Below, piece by piece: positions 11,798 through 27,579 of a DNA stretch of 64,000 nt (position 1 is its first letter; each line of letters starts with the position of its first letter). This stretch comes from an uncultured Gammaproteobacteria bacterium (GTDB lineage: Bacteria; Pseudomonadota; Gammaproteobacteria; UBA9214): contig CAVOZZ010000011.1 in assembly GCA_963701505.1 (NCBI GenBank), positions 91,551-155,550 of the forward strand, in the 5' to 3' direction. The notes under the pieces are model-generated. The model had not been told where the DNA came from. It searched no databases and saw only the letters and a list, made by a program, of their open reading frames with translations. Position numbers and translations under genes: made by a program.

Positions 11798-12345
11798 ATG
11801 GCTAAATCCAGAAAACCTTCGACCGACGAGATTGAGCTGTTCCGCCGTAGTGTCGGGCCGGTCAGGAAAATTCACCACGACAAGATCGTAGCCGGACAGG
11901 AAACCGCTGCCGTCACGGCCACGTCGACATGCGCGGCTGTAATGAAGCGCCCCTGACAGACAGGTTTTCGGATGGCTTTGATGATGGTGAGGTCACCGCG
12001 GACGAGGCCCTGTTCTTCGCCCGACCGGGACTGCAACAGCGGCAATTGCAGCGCCTCAAGCGCGGCCAGCTGCCAATCGGCGCCGAACTGGATATGCACG
12101 GCATGACGGCAGCCATGGCGCGTACTGCCGTGGTGAATTTCATCACCCTGTGCCGTGAACAGCATATACGCTGCGTGCGCATCATTCATGGCAAGGGCTA
12201 CAGCACAGCAGGCCGTGCACCGGTGCTGAAAAACCGTATCAATTCCTGGCTGCGGCAGCACCACGACGTACTGGCCTTCAGTTCCGCGCAAAGCAGGGAC
12301 GGTGGCAGTGGTGCCCTGTATGTACTGCTGCGATCAGGTCGCTGA
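11798..12345 (+). CDS. Smr-domain protein (SmrA/YdaL-like), N-terminal frameshift
   Basis: ATG 11798 gives [31 protein letters not shown] (SmrA-like N-terminus) in a different frame from the Smr domain ORF 11929..12345 (LDMHGMT...IIHGKG). Confidence 0.7.
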
Positions 12346-12374
12346 CCTACCCTGCTCTGCTGATTGATAAAATC

Positions 12375-12734
12375 CTAACGACCCATGCGCCGCTGGTAGG
12401 ACTGCGTGATGCGATCGATCAGCCCCGGATCACGCGAGGTGTCCCCCGAGGTATCGAACTGCAGCCGTACACTGCCGTCAGCCTGTCGTTGAACATTGGC
12501 AATGACATGAATCCCGTTGCGTGAACCTTGTATCACGCCTGCATCGCGGTCCTCGCTGCTGACACGAACCCCCTGATCGGCAAAGGCACCGACAGTCGCT
12601 GACCATGAGCGGTCGAATTTACTCACCGGGGAGGTAGGGCTGGTGGTATAGGTACCCGGTGCCGTCTGGTAGTAGGTACAGCCGCCGAGCAAGGCAATGC
12701 TGACTGCAAGCATCAGGATGAGTGGTTTATTCAT
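12375..12734 (-). CDS. small lipoprotein (LLGGC lipobox), function unknown
   Basis: 119 aa intact ORF with signal peptide and lipobox. Confidence 0.6.
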   Translation of the reverse strand: MNKPLILMLAVSIALLGGCTYYQTAPGTYTTSPTSPVSKFDRSWSATVGAFADQGVRVSSEDRDAGVIQGSRNGIHVIANVQRQADGSVRLQFDTSGDTSRDPGLIDRITQSYQRRMGR

Positions 12735-12785
12735 GGTAAACGTTGACCCCGCTGGTATTTGAATACTGGAGAATACTCACCTGCT

Positions 12786-13871
12786 TCATCGTTTTCCAGC
12801 AAGCCTGCCGTTACACGGCCCGGCCCGTGAACGCCGTCCCCAGCACCAGCTCACGCAGCACACTGGTAGCGTAGGTACCGGCCGGCAGACTGAATTCCAG
12901 CTGCAAGTCAGCCGTGCCATGCCATCTGCCAGGACAGCCCCTGCGTCATCAGCCGCAGCGCACGCCGCTCCTGTTTCAGCCCGGCTGATTCCAGGCCTGC
13001 ACACCAGTCCGCTGTAATCGGCAAGCACGGCTTGCTCCAGTGCGCGACATTCACCTTGTACCGGGATTTCACCCCGGCCATGCAGCGGCCCGGTGGGATG
13101 CACATCCTGGCTGTGCACACGTCCCAGCAGTTCTGCATCGATCGACCTCGGCAATAAAATAACTGTGGCTGCCGTCGAGTTGCATGGCATCCCCGTCTGA
13201 TCGGGGTATTCCAGGTCGCCGTGCTTCACGCGCCGGGACAGCACCTGGTTGAACAGCAAGGAACGCGCTGCTGACAAGGCCAGGCTACGCCTGTTTCTTG
13301 AGAACCGCGGCGCCGGCTTGGCAAACAGTCGCTGTGCATCCAGTAGATTGCTGCCGTCACGGCCGAAGCGTTGTTCAGCAAAATAATTCGGCACCCCCTG
13401 GCCGTCTATCCGGGTGAGTCTTTGTTCCAACTCGGCGAGATCACCCTCGATTTCACGCAGCATTATCCTGAAGCGGTTGCCTCTCAGGGCCCCTCGCCGC
13501 AGCTTGCGGGAATGACGCGCGTGCCGCAGCACGGTCAGGGTGTCCGAGTTCATGGCCTCCCAGTCCGGTGCATCGCGCCCCGGCATCTGTACCGAAAACC
13601 ACTGCTCGGTCACGGCCCGACGGTCCTTGAGACCGGCATAACTGACCTGTCGTGGATGGACGCCGGCAAACCTTGCCAGTTGCTCCGGCGACCCAGGGGG
13701 TATTTTCATTGCGCTTGCGCAGCCACAGCCAGACATGTTCCCCCTCGCCTTCCGGCTCCACCAGGGGGATCTCCGTGACGCAGAAATCTTCCGGTAACAG
13801 GCGCAGCCGCGCGCTGTGACTGCCGGCTTGCCATGGGCATAGGCAAGGGAATGGATGGCCTGGTCAAGCAT
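12786..13871 (-). CDS. truD: tRNA pseudouridine(13) synthase TruD, multiple frameshifts
   Basis: LAYAHGKP, NYFAEQRFGRDGSN core; EPEGEGEHVWLWLRKRNENTPWVA segment in ORF 13453..13761; RRALRLMTQGLSWQMAW C-term in ORF 12908..13138. Confidence 0.8.
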   Translation of the reverse strand: MLDQAIHSLAYAHGKPAVTARGCACYRKISASRRSPWWSRKARGNMSGCGCASAMKIPPGSPEQLARFAGVHPRQVSYAGLKDRRAVTEQWFSVQMPGRDAPDWEAMNSDTLTVLRHARHSRKLRRGALRGNRFRIMLREIEGDLAELEQRLTRIDGQGVPNYFAEQRFGRDGSNLLDAQRLFAKPAPRFSRNRRSLALSAARSLLFNQVLSRRVKHGDLEYPDQTGMPCNSTAATVILLPRSIDAELLGRVHSQDVHPTGPLHGRGEIPVQGECRALEQAVLADYSGLVCRPGISRAETGAACAAADDAGAVLADGMARLTCSWNSVCRPVPTLPVCCVSWCWGRRSRAGPCNGRLAGKR

Positions 13872-13892
13872 TGTATGGATGACCAGGACCCG

Positions 13893-14366
13893 TTAGCGAG
13901 TGTCGAGCAACACGACGGCAAAGGCGGCAATACCTTCGCCCCTGCCGGTAAAGCCGAGGTGCTCGGTGGTGGTTGCCTTGACGTTGACCCGCGAAGCGTT
14001 GACCTGCAGATCAGCGCTGATGTTGCCACACATGGCATCGATATAGGCCGACAGCTTCGGGGCCTGTGCGACAATCGTGATATCGACATTGACCACGGTA
14101 TACTTTTCCGCCAGCAGCAGCTCACACGTGTTGCGTAACAGGATACGGCTGTCGATGCCTTCATAGGCCGCGTCATGTGGTGGAAAATGCCGACCGATAT
14201 CGCCGAGCGCGGCAGCACCCAGCAGGGCATCGCAAAGTGCGTGCAGCACGACATCACCATCCGAATGCGCCTCCAGGCTGCGATCATAGGGCACGGTCAC
14301 CCCGCCCAGCACCAGCCGACCGCCCTGCTGGAAGGCATGCACATCGAAGCCCTGCCCGATTCTCAC
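13893..14366 (-). CDS. ispF: 2-C-methyl-D-erythritol 2,4-cyclodiphosphate synthase
   Basis: RIGQGFDVH...GHSDGDV motifs; probable GTG start at 14366. The annotated ORF extends upstream into the ispD C-terminus with no stop. Confidence 0.85.
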   Translation of the reverse strand: MRIGQGFDVHAFQQGGRLVLGGVTVPYDRSLEAHSDGDVVLHALCDALLGAAALGDIGRHFPPHDAAYEGIDSRILLRNTCELLLAEKYTVVNVDITIVAQAPKLSAYIDAMCGNISADLQVNASRVNVKATTTEHLGFTGRGEGIAAFAVVLLDTR

Positions 14367-15087
14367 GATGGAATTCCTTGATTGCAGGTAAAAGGCAGCC
14401 AGCGGCAGGTCAGACGGCACCGTAATCTTTATGATTGTCACGCGCTCCCTGCACCATGCGCGGCCGGTAACCGGCAAGCTCCATCGCATTCGCCTCATCG
14501 GTCACCGGGTGTCCACGCCGATGGCCTGCTGCAAGGCAGTGCGCAATGCGCCGGCACGGAACATTTGCGGTGTATAGGCATGCCACAGGCCGACGCGATC
14601 GACCGTGGCCGAGATGCACACATCCTCATCGACGCGCTTCATGGTGTCCGCCACCGGCACACCCAGCAAGCCGCCCTGCCCGGTACCGTCTTCCAGCGTG
14701 CTCATCAAGACGTTCAATATCGTCCTGGCGCACACAGGGCCGGGCGGCATCATGCACCAGCACCCAGTCATCATCAGTGGCGCGAGCGGCGACGAGGTGG
14801 CCGAGTCCATTGAGTACTGAATGGCAACGCTCTGCACCACCGTCCAACCGTTTCCAGCGCCCGCTTCGCATAGCGCGTGCGCGTAGCTCCGGCCAGCGCT
14901 CATCTGTCTTGCGCAGAGCACCAGGATAACACCGGCAAGCCGCTGGCAGGACAGCAGCGTATCCAGCGTGTGTTCGAGTACGGTCCTGTCACCCAGTGTC
15001 AGGTATTGCTTGGGAATGTCTGCACCCATGCGCTTGCCCGCACCGGCGGCGGGGACGATGGCCCAGAATTTTGGGTTCAGTCTGCAT
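14367..15087 (-). CDS. ispD: 2-C-methyl-D-erythritol 4-phosphate cytidylyltransferase, frameshifted; no stop before ispF in this sequence
   Basis: [16 protein letters not shown]-loop, [22 protein letters not shown] (ORF 14626..14871), C-term [14 protein letters not shown] running directly into ispF. ATG at 15087 (MQTEPK) is out of frame because of an aaaa homopolymer. Confidence 0.75.
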
Positions 15088-15149
15088 AGTCGAACAAGCA
15101 CATCATCTGTGAAAGCTGGCACTGCTTCAAACCCGATGAAATATTCTTT

Positions 15150-15220
15150 GCCACGGAAGCACACGGAAATACATGGAAGATAACTAACCTTCAAGTAATA
15201 TTTCCGTGTGCTTCCGTGGC
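15150..15220. repeat. palindromic heptamer-array element, copy A (21 bp perfect inverted arms)
   Basis: GCCACGGAAGCACACGGAAAT ... ATTTCCGTGTGCTTCCGTGGC; CACGGAA/CACGGAA/CATGGAA at 10 bp phase; ftsB-ispD intergenic. Confidence 0.85.
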
Positions 15221-15244
15221 TATAGTATGAAAAGCCGGAGATCA

Positions 15245-16904
<1,660 letters not shown>

Positions 16905-16915
16905 TTATTTACAAA

Positions 16916-17756
16916 CTATTTCATGAGCGCGTTTTCTGGCAGCGCCTGGGCCTTGATGGCCGCATCGATCACCTGCAGCGTCTGCAGCAGCGCTTGCATT
17001 TCCCCCAGCGGCCAGGCATTCGGCCCGTCACTGAGCGCAACGGCCGGGTTGGGGTGCGTCTCCATAAAGACACCCGCGACACCGGCAGCGACCGCTGCAC
17101 GCGCCAGTACCGGGACAAACTCGCGCTGGCCACCGGAACTGCTTCCCTGCCCGCCCGGCAGTTGCACCGAGTGCGTGGCATCGAACACAACCGGCACACC
17201 GGTGTTGCGCATCACCGCCAGTGCACGCATATCCGAGACCAGGTTGTTATAGCCGAATGACGCGCCCCGTTCGCAGACCATGATCTGCTCGTTACCGGTC
17301 GCAAGCGCCTTATCGGTTACATTCTTCATGTCCCACGGTGACAGGAACTGGCCTTTTTTAATATTGACCGGCTTGCCCTGCAAGGCAACGTTCTGGATAA
17401 AATTGGTTTGTCGACACAGAAATGCCGGCGTTTGCAAGACATCGACCACCGCGGCGACTTCACTCAACGGGGTATCTTCATGCACATCGGTCAGCACCGG
17501 CACACCAATCTGCGCCTTTACCTTCTCCAGGATGCGCAGACCCTCCTCGAGGCCCGGTCCGCGAAAACTTTTGTGCGACGAGCGGTTGGCCTTGTCGAAA
17601 GAGGACTTGTAGATAAACGGGATACCGAGGACTGCCGGTTATTTCTTTCAATTGACCCGCCGTGTCGATGGCAAGCTGCTCGCTCTCGATCACACAGGGA
17701 CCGGCAATCAGAAACAGGGGATGCTCAATACCAACCTGAAAATCGCATAACTTCAT
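16916..17756 (-). CDS. kdsA: 3-deoxy-8-phosphooctulonate synthase, N-terminal frameshifts
   Basis: [26 protein letters not shown] in ORF 17478..17834; remainder (VLTDVHE...[12 protein letters not shown]) in ORF 16916..17503. Confidence 0.85.
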
Positions 17757-17785
17757 TGCTAACCGGTTCCTTCTGCGGGCAGTTG

Positions 17786-19454
<1,669 letters not shown>

Positions 19455-19562
19455 CTACCTGGAAACCGGGTGCGACACATTTGCCGCAAGACGGGCGTAG
19501 ACGTTACCAGATTGGCGCCACTACCTCAATTACCAATCCGGAGCAAATACCGGAAAACCGCT

Positions 19563-20907
19563 TCAATCCGGCTGCGCCGCGTTGCTGTCCCACTCAATCA
19601 ACACACCGGGCTCGGCCGGACCGGCCTGGAAGGGTTCACACACCCGGAATCCGGGAACCATGGCGAGGGTATCCTGTATGTAGATCAGGGGAATCCGGTC
19701 TCGTTCCCAGGGGGGGATCCCCTGTTCCTGGAACATTTTCTTCAGACTGTGATGATGGCCCCGGCCGGCCGGTCGGCAGCGTTCACCACCCTTGCGCCAG
19801 CGCACACTGATACGCGCCGGCCATGGCATCGGCGCGCCGTATTCCCGCCCCGGACACCGGGGTTGCCGTCAGCACCCCGCCCTTGCCCGGCAAGGTCAAT
19901 GGCGCGAAGACAGTGACCAGTCCAGAACGCGCGTCGTATCCCGGTTGGCGGTTTGCCGCAAACAGAACACCTCATCGCGGTAGCGACGCACCTCGTAGCG
20001 GTCCCAGCGCACACAGGGGCTGGCATCGGCACGACTGCAGAGGACATCATTGACGATTCGTGCCAGCACTGCGGTTGAAGGGGCACCACGGGTATGGCGC
20101 TTCAACCAGGCGCGCAGGACATTGCGCTGCCGATCCCGTGGCAATGCCACAAGGCGCGGCACGGATAGTGTGTCTGCATGCGTACTCGCGACCGCCTGCA
20201 GGTCGCTCAGGCAAGTTGCCCGAGTAAATCATCTGCCTCGGCACAATGAGCCGCACTGCGTGACAGACTCGAGGAGATCGCCGGCCAGCGATCGCGCAGC
20301 ACCGGCATCACCTGATGACGCAGATAGTTGCGATCATACCCAGTACTCAGATTGCCGGGGTCTTCTATCCAGGACAATGCGTGTTCCGCGCATAGCGCTG
20401 CAGTGACGCACGGTTTACGTCCAGCAGTGGTCGCAGATGCTGCCCGGCACCCAGGCCCGTCATGACCGGCATGGCCGCCAGTCCGCTGACCCCGCTACCC
20501 CGCATTAACTGCAGCAGCAGGGTTTCCGCCTGGTCGTCCTGGTGCTGGGCGGTCAGCAGGCAATGGTGCGCCGGCAACCACTCTGACAGCGCCTGGTAAC
20601 GTGCCGCGCGCGCAGCGGCCTCCGGACTTTCACCCTGCGCCGGGCGGCCGTCAACGCGCAGCGAGGTATACGCCACATTGAGCGTCGTCACAAGCCTGCT
20701 GGCAGTGCGCTTCCCAGCGGTCGGCATCCGCATGCAAACCATGATGCACATGCACGGCGCTACGCCCGCATCAAGCTGATCACGCAAGGCACACAGCGCA
20801 TGCAACAGCACCTGTGAATCCAGTCCGCCACTGAAGGCCACCTGGTAACACGGGGGTGCGGCGTGCCGGTGTAATTGCTGCAGAAGGTAGTCGGGTGAAA
20901 ATTTCAT
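19563..20907 (-). CDS. tilS: tRNA(Ile)-lysidine synthetase, at least 3 frameshifts
   Basis: N-term PP-loop SGGLDS in ORF 20365..20907; middle pieces 19896..20162 and 19742..20089; C-term GRGHHHSLKKMFQEQGIPPWERDRIPLIY in 19563..19829. Confidence 0.8.
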
Positions 20908-20979
20908 AACTGACCGGGATCCAGATGCGATACCCGACGATCAGGATCAGTGAGGGTGAGTGCCGTTATGTATAAAACA

Positions 20980-21051
20980 GCCACGAAAGGATACGGCAGA
21001 ATAAAAACCTTGCCAGAAACACTTCCTACTTCTTCCATGGATCCCGTAGCC
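20980..21051. repeat. decayed copy of the palindromic heptamer-array element (copy B)
   Basis: GCCACGAAAGGATACGGCAGAAT ... TTCTTCCATGGATCCCGTAGCC; tilS-accA intergenic. Confidence 0.5.
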
Positions 21052-21058
21052 ATGCTGG

Positions 21059-22019
21059 CTAGCGTTCCGTAAACTGCCCGTAGGACATGAGGCGTTTGTA
21101 ACGGGACTCAATGAGTTCATCCGTCGATTTCTTTTGCAGCAGATCAAGGGTTTTGAGCAGCGAGCTGCTTGATGTTTTCTGCCATTGCATCGACATCCCG
21201 GTGCGCACCGCCCAGGGGTTCCGGAATAACCTGGTCAACCAGGCCCAGTTCATACAAACGCCCCGAGGTAATCCCCAGGGACTCTGCCGCTTCCGGTGCC
21301 TTGTCGGCACTCTTCCAGAGTATCGAGGCACAGCCCTCCGGCGAGATCACCGAGTAGGTACTGTATTGCAACATCAGTGTCTGGTCACCCACACCAATCG
21401 CCAGTGCACCGCCCGAACCACCTTCACCGATGACGGTACAGATAATCGGTACCTTCAAGCGCGACATAACCAGCAGGTTCCTGGCAATGGCTTCACTCTG
21501 ACCCCGTTCTTCCGCACCGATTCCGGGATAGGCACCGGGTGTATCGATAAAGGTCAGCACCGGCAATTCGAAGCGCTCGGCCATTTCCATCAGGCGCAGC
21601 GCCTTGCGGTAACCTTCAGGCCGTGGCATACCGAAATTACGCTGCAGTTTTTCCTTGGTATCCCGGCCCTTCTGCTGCCCGATAACCATGACGGGCCTGT
21701 CGTCCAGTCTGGCAACACCACCGACGATGGCGTTGTCGTCTGCAAAATGCCGGTCACCGTGCAGTTCCTCGAAGTCGCTGAAGATGCGGACTATATAATC
21801 CAGGGTATAGGGCCGCTGCGGGTGTCGCGCGAGCTGGGAAACCTGCCACGAGGTCAGGTTCGAAAATATCGTTTCAGTCAGGGCAGAGCTTTTCTCTTTC
21901 AGCTTGGCGATTTCATCGTTGATGTTGACGTCGGCGTCATCACCAATGTAGTGAAGCTCGTCGATCTTCGCTTCCAGCTCGGCAATGGGTTGTTCAAATT
22001 CAAGGAAATTAAGGTTCAT
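21059..22019 (-). CDS. accA: acetyl-CoA carboxylase carboxyltransferase alpha subunit, C-terminal frameshift
   Basis: Main ORF 21144..22019; C-term [23 protein letters not shown] in ORF 21059..21331. Confidence 0.9.
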
Positions 22020-22022
22020 CGG

Positions 22023-25000
22023 TTAATCCGCAGGACTGACACTGGTAGTTAAGGTAACATAAGTACCGCTGCTCATACATACTCGACCTCGACACGGTCC
22101 TTGCCTGCCAGCTCGCGCAAGCGGTGCAATCAACTCATCGGACGGATGCACCGTCCACTCTTCGCCCAGCGTCACGCGTGCCTGCGCTTCACCACCCGTG
22201 TAATCAATGCAGACCGGGCAGTGCCCCTCGCGAAACGGCTGCAGGATATCGGCCAGGCTGCCAACAAAACCGTTGCCTGCCTGACTTGATTCAACCCCCA
22301 CTACCAGTCGCCGCGCAAACAGGGCACGCGCCTGGTCGATGTCATAAATACTCTGTGCGGTTACCTGGTAAGCACCGCTAAAATCATCCAGGCCCAGCCC
22401 GCCCTGAATAACCAGCACCTTGTTCTTCGCCAGCATGGCCTGGTACTTGTCGTAGACATCGGGAAACACGCGCACGTCAATCCGGGCGGTGCGGTCATCC
22501 AGTGTCAGGAATGCAATCTTCCCACCCCGCTGGGTCTTGATGACACGCATGCTCATCACCAGCCCGGCAATGGTGACCGCGCGTTCATCGGAACCTCGCC
22601 GACCCTTGTACTCCTTGTTGCCGGAGGCCGTTGCCGGTGGGAGTGCAGCACACAATGCAGTGATATCAGCAAGCTTGCCACTGATGATGTTGGCGAGTTC
22701 GGTTTCATAACGCGTTATGGGATGACCGGTCAGGTAAAGACCGAGCGCATCCATCTCTCCCTGCAAGCGTTGCTCTTCTTCCCATTCGGGCAGTACCTGC
22801 TTGCTGACCTGCAGGGGTGCGGCAGCGGCCGATTCTCCGAACAAGTCATTCTGGCCGGTATCGAGGTTACGACTATGCTGTTCTGCAAGTTTCAGGGCCT
22901 GGTCCAGGTTCGCCATCTGGGATGCACGTGTTTCACCAAGGGAATCCAGTGCACCGGCACGGATCAGGGCATCGAACACACGCCGGTTCACCTTGCGCAG
23001 ATCGACGCGCTGGCACAGATCGAAAAGGTCTGCGAAGGCACCACCCTTGGTGCGTTCCTGCAATCATGCCTTCTATGGCCGCCTGGCCAACACCCTTGAT
23101 CGCACCCAGGCCATAGACCACAGTCGTCTCCGATAGCACCGTGAACGGGTACAGCGACTGGTTGACATCCGGGGGTACAACTTGCAGTTTCATGTCGCGG
23201 CACTCGGCAATCAGGTGGACGACCTTGTCGGTATTGTCCATGTCTGCAGACAGCACGGCCGCCATGAACGCAGCCGGATAATGCGCCTTCAACCAGGCCG
23301 TCTGGTAAGACACCAGTGCATAGGCCGCCGAATGACTCTTGTTGAATCCGTAACCGGCAAACTTCTCCATCAGGTCGAAGATACCGCTGGCGACCTTTTC
23401 ATCGACGTCACGCTGCCTTGCACCCTCGAGAAAGATGGAACGTTGCTTCGCCATCTCCTCGGGTTTTTTCTTGCCCATCGCACGCCGCAACATGTCCGCG
23501 CCACCAAGTGTGTAGCCGGCAAGCACCTGTGCAATCTGCATCACCTGTTCCTGGTAGAGAATGATGCCGTAGGTTGGCTTCAGGATGGGTTCAAGATCGG
23601 GGTGCGGGTATTTGATCTGTGCGCCGTGTTTGCGCGCAATAAAATCGTCGACCATGCCGGACTGCAGCGGGCCGGGACGAAATAATGCGACCAGCGCGAC
23701 GATGTCTTCAAAGGTATCCGGCTGCAGACGGCGAATCAGGTCTTTCATGCCGCTTGATTCCAGCTGAAATACGGCCGTGGTCGTTGAGGCCTTCAGCAGG
23801 TCAAACGCTGACTTGTCATCCAGCGGTATCGCGTCAATATCTACACAGGCATCACTGTCGGGCGCAACAGCCGGCATTAATCGTCTTCAGTGCCCAGTCA
23901 ATAATGGTCAGTGTGCGCAGACCAAGAAAGTCAAACTTGACCAGGCCGACGGCCTCGACATCATCCTTGTCGAACTGGCTGACCAGTGCACCGCCACCCT
24001 GCTCGCAGTACAGCGGCGTGAAGTCGGTCAACTGCGAGGGTGCGATCACCACACCTCCGGCATGTTTGCCTGCATTACGCGCCAGGCCCTCCAGAGAACG
24101 GGCAAGATCAATCACGGTACGCACATCCTCATCACTGTCATACAGGTCGCTGAAAGCCGGCTCCTGTTCCAGGGCCTTGTCCAGTGTTATGCCGATCTCA
24201 AACGGAATCAGCTTGGCGATGCGGTCTACAAAGCCATAGGGATGTCCCAGCACCCGACCAACATCCCGCACTACAGCCTTGGCAGCCATCGAGCCGTAGG
24301 TAATGATTTGCGATACCCTGTCCCGACCGTAGCGCTCGGCCACGTAGTCAATGACGCGATCACGTCCCTCCATGCAGAAGTCGACATCAAAATCCGGCAT
24401 GGAAACGCGTTCCGGATTGAGAAAGCGCTCGAACAGCAGGTCATAGCGTATCGGATCGAGGTCGGTGATCGTCAGGGCGTAGGCAACCAGTGAACCTGCA
24501 CCGGAACCGCGACCCGGACCGACCGGAATGGCGTTCGCTTTTGCCCAGCGGATAAAGTCGGCAACGATCAGGAAGTAGCCGGGAAAGCCCATCTCCAGGA
24601 TGACATTGATCTCGTGGTCCAGGCGTTGACAGTATTGTTCACGCGTGCTCCCGTTAGCCGGCGTGTTCGAACCGAATATCTGTTGAAAACGCTGTTCCAG
24701 TCCTTCCCGGGCAAGCTTCTTGAAATAGCCAGCCATGTCCATGCCTTCAGGCACCGGAAAATCTGGCAGGTAATTATTGCCAAGCTCCAGCTCGATATTG
24801 CAGCGGCGTGCGATCTCGACCGTATTTTCCAGCGCTTCCGGGATATCCTGAAACAGTGCCTGCATCTCTTCCGGACTGCGCAGGTATTGCTGGTTGGTAA
24901 ATTCCCTGGAACGGCGCGGATCATCCAGTGTGCGACCTTCGTTAATGCAGACACGCGCTTCATGGGCCTCAAACCCGGATGCTTTCAGAAAGTGCACGTC

Positions 25001-25597
25001 GTTAGTGGCAACCACCGGCACATTTGCAGCCGCGGCAAGGTCTACGGCCTTGTGCAGGTAGTCCTCCTCGCCCGGGCGTCCGGTTCGCTGCAACTCAAGA
25101 TAAAAGCTGTCGGGAAAGAGTCGCTGCCAGTGATCCAGCAATTCACTGGCGAGTGTGTGCTTGTTCGCCAGCAGTGCCTGTCCGATATCACCGGCAACCC
25201 CGCCAGACAGGGCTATCAGGCCTGAGGAATGGCCGTCCAGCCAGCCAGACTCCAGCACCGGTATGCCGCGATGCTGCCCTTCGGTGTAGGTGCGCGAAAC
25301 CAGACGCGTCAGATTCAGATAACCGGCACGTGATTTACACAGCAGCACCAGGCGGGTCGGTGACGCCCCGCCGCTGTTATCAGCAACCCAAAGATCGACC
25401 CCGACAAGGGGTTTGACGCCAGCAGCCATCGCCGCACGGTAAAACTTCACCATGGAAAACAGATTGCACTGGTCCGTGACAGCCACGGCAGGCATACCCG
25501 TATCAGCAACGCATTTGACCAGCGGCTTGACCCGTACGGTGCCATTCACCAGTGAATACTCGGTATGGACACGCAGATGAACAAAAGCTGGTTGCAT
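22023..25597 (-). CDS. dnaE: DNA polymerase III alpha subunit, split into 3 ORFs by frameshifts near 23860 and 23000
   Basis: ORFs 23852..25597 (PHP/N-term), 22933..23877 (fingers) and 22023..23063 (OB-fold/C-term) together make ~1160 aa. Confidence 0.9.
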
Positions 25598-25885
25598 AGA
25601 AATAATCTTCCGTGTTTATCAGGCTGGACACAGGCCCCGGCCAACTTCTTACGAGTGCATCATATTATAACTGTATCTAATTGTTATTTTTTGTATTTAT
25701 TTTATTTCTCTACAATGTTCTTGACCCTGGCAGCGACCGTCGGCAGCGATGCCTCTTCTTGTCGCAGCGAACACCCCGCAGCGACCAGATCTGACGGTGA
25801 ATGCTACCCGTACTGCTGGCTCAATTACAGGGTGCAGGTGTCGATACAAGGACTATTAAATGTCAATATTTTGTCAGGGCAGAGC

Positions 25886-26981
25886 ATGCAACAGGTTGTC
25901 AGTCACCAGGATAGCTCACACTACGACAGGGAAGAACTGAAGGGCTTTGCACGCAGCATGGCCGAACTGCAGTGGCTTTTATTAATCCTTGTCATTCTGT
26001 ATTTTTTCATTCCCACCCGCCCGATCACCGACAGCGACGGTCTGATCATCACCATGGTTGGCTATTCGCCTTTGTCATGGTGTTTCGATACCTGAACTTC
26101 CAGGCTCGCGAGACCCACTGGAAACTGGCCATTGAAACCTGGGCCATGATTGCCTTCATCAGTATCGTATTGTCGTATACCGGGCTGGTGGAAAGTCCGT
26201 TGTTGAATCTCTACCTGCTGGTCATCATCGCCTGTGCGATCACCCTCGGAAAAATCATGACACTGCTGGAAGTCATGCTAATCGCCTGTTGCTATCTCTA
26301 CATGAGCTACCTGTCCTATCCCACAGGCCTGTTTGCACCGGAAACCTTTACCATGCTCATGGCAAAGTTCTCGCCATTCCTGCTGGTTGCCTATGTAACA
26401 TCGATGCTGGCTTCAGACATTCTCTATGCACAAGCAACGCATCACCCTGTTATCAAAAACCGACGACCTTACCGGCCTGCTGAATATGCGGGCCTTCAAC
26501 AGTATCCTGGAAAGGGAAATCGCACGTGTTACGCGCTACGCACAGCCGTTCACCGTCATCATGGTTGACGTTGACGGCCTCAAGTCCGTCAACGATCGAT
26601 ATGGACATACAGCCGGAAGCCGCCTGATAAAGACCATCTCGGAAGTCGATCAATGACAGCATAAGGAATACGGATGTACTGGCACGTTTCGGTGGTGATG
26701 AGTTTGTGATACTGATGACGCATACCAGCACTGAACAGGCACAAATGGCAGCAGAACGTATCCGCGCCGCTGTCCACAACACCTCGTTTGACATGAAAGG
26801 CAATCGCATCTCGACCACTGTCAGCGTCGGCATTGCCAGCTTCCCGGAAAGCGTCGAGGAAGCAGAAGAGGTACTCGATAAAGCGGATATCGCACTCTAC
26901 AGAAGCAAGCAATGCGGCCGTGACCGGGTGACCTACTACGACAGGCAAGCTGGAAAAAGTTTCTGCCTGCGCCTGAGTTAA
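25886..26981 (+). CDS. membrane-anchored GGDEF diguanylate cyclase, frameshifted
   Basis: Multi-TM N-terminal domain (ORFs 25565..26095 and 25972..26568); GGDEF domain with [11 protein letters not shown] motif (ORFs 26426..26656 and 26706..26981). Confidence 0.75.
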
Positions 26982-27575
26982 TCCGCCTTTTCCAGCATCT
27001 TCCTGACCGGTGCATAGGAGCGCCGGTGTACCGGTGACACACCCAGCCTTTCCAGCGCTTCAATATGGGCCTTGCTCGGGTAGCCCTTGTGCTGCGCCAG
27101 TCCGTAACCGGGATACACCGCATCCAGCGCCTGCATTTCCCGGTCACGCGTCACCTTCGCCAGTATAGAGGCGGCGCTGATTGCCGCAACCCGGCTGTCA
27201 CCCTTGACGATTGCCTGCGCCGGACAGCACAGTTCCGGGCAGCGATTACCATCAATCAATGCATATTCGGCGCTCGGCTGCAGGGCGTTGACCGCACGCT
27301 GCATGGCCAGCAGGGTCGCCTGCAGAATATTAATGCTGTCGATTTCTGCAACCGACGCATACGCCACGGACCACGCCAGCGCCTTTTCCCGGATCTCATC
27401 AAACAGGCGTTCGCGGCGCGCTGCCGACAACTGCTTCGAATCTTTCAGGCCATTGATCGGGTTTTCCCGGATCCAGTATGACCGCACCCGCTACCACCGG
27501 TCCGGCCAGCGGCCCCCTGCCCGCCTCGTCAACACCCGCTACCCGTCCAGCGGGAATCACCAGCCCATCATTCAT
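26978..27575 (-). CDS. rnhB: ribonuclease HII, N-terminal frameshift
   Basis: [22 protein letters not shown] in ORF 27399..27911; remainder in ORF 26978..27487. Confidence 0.85.
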
Positions 27576-27579
27576 GCCA

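Noticed and set aside
13706-14287. 193 aa ORF overlapping ispF on the same strand in another frame
   Set aside because: Cys/Ser/Pro-rich low-complexity translation with no homology signal; the ispF frame is clearly the real one
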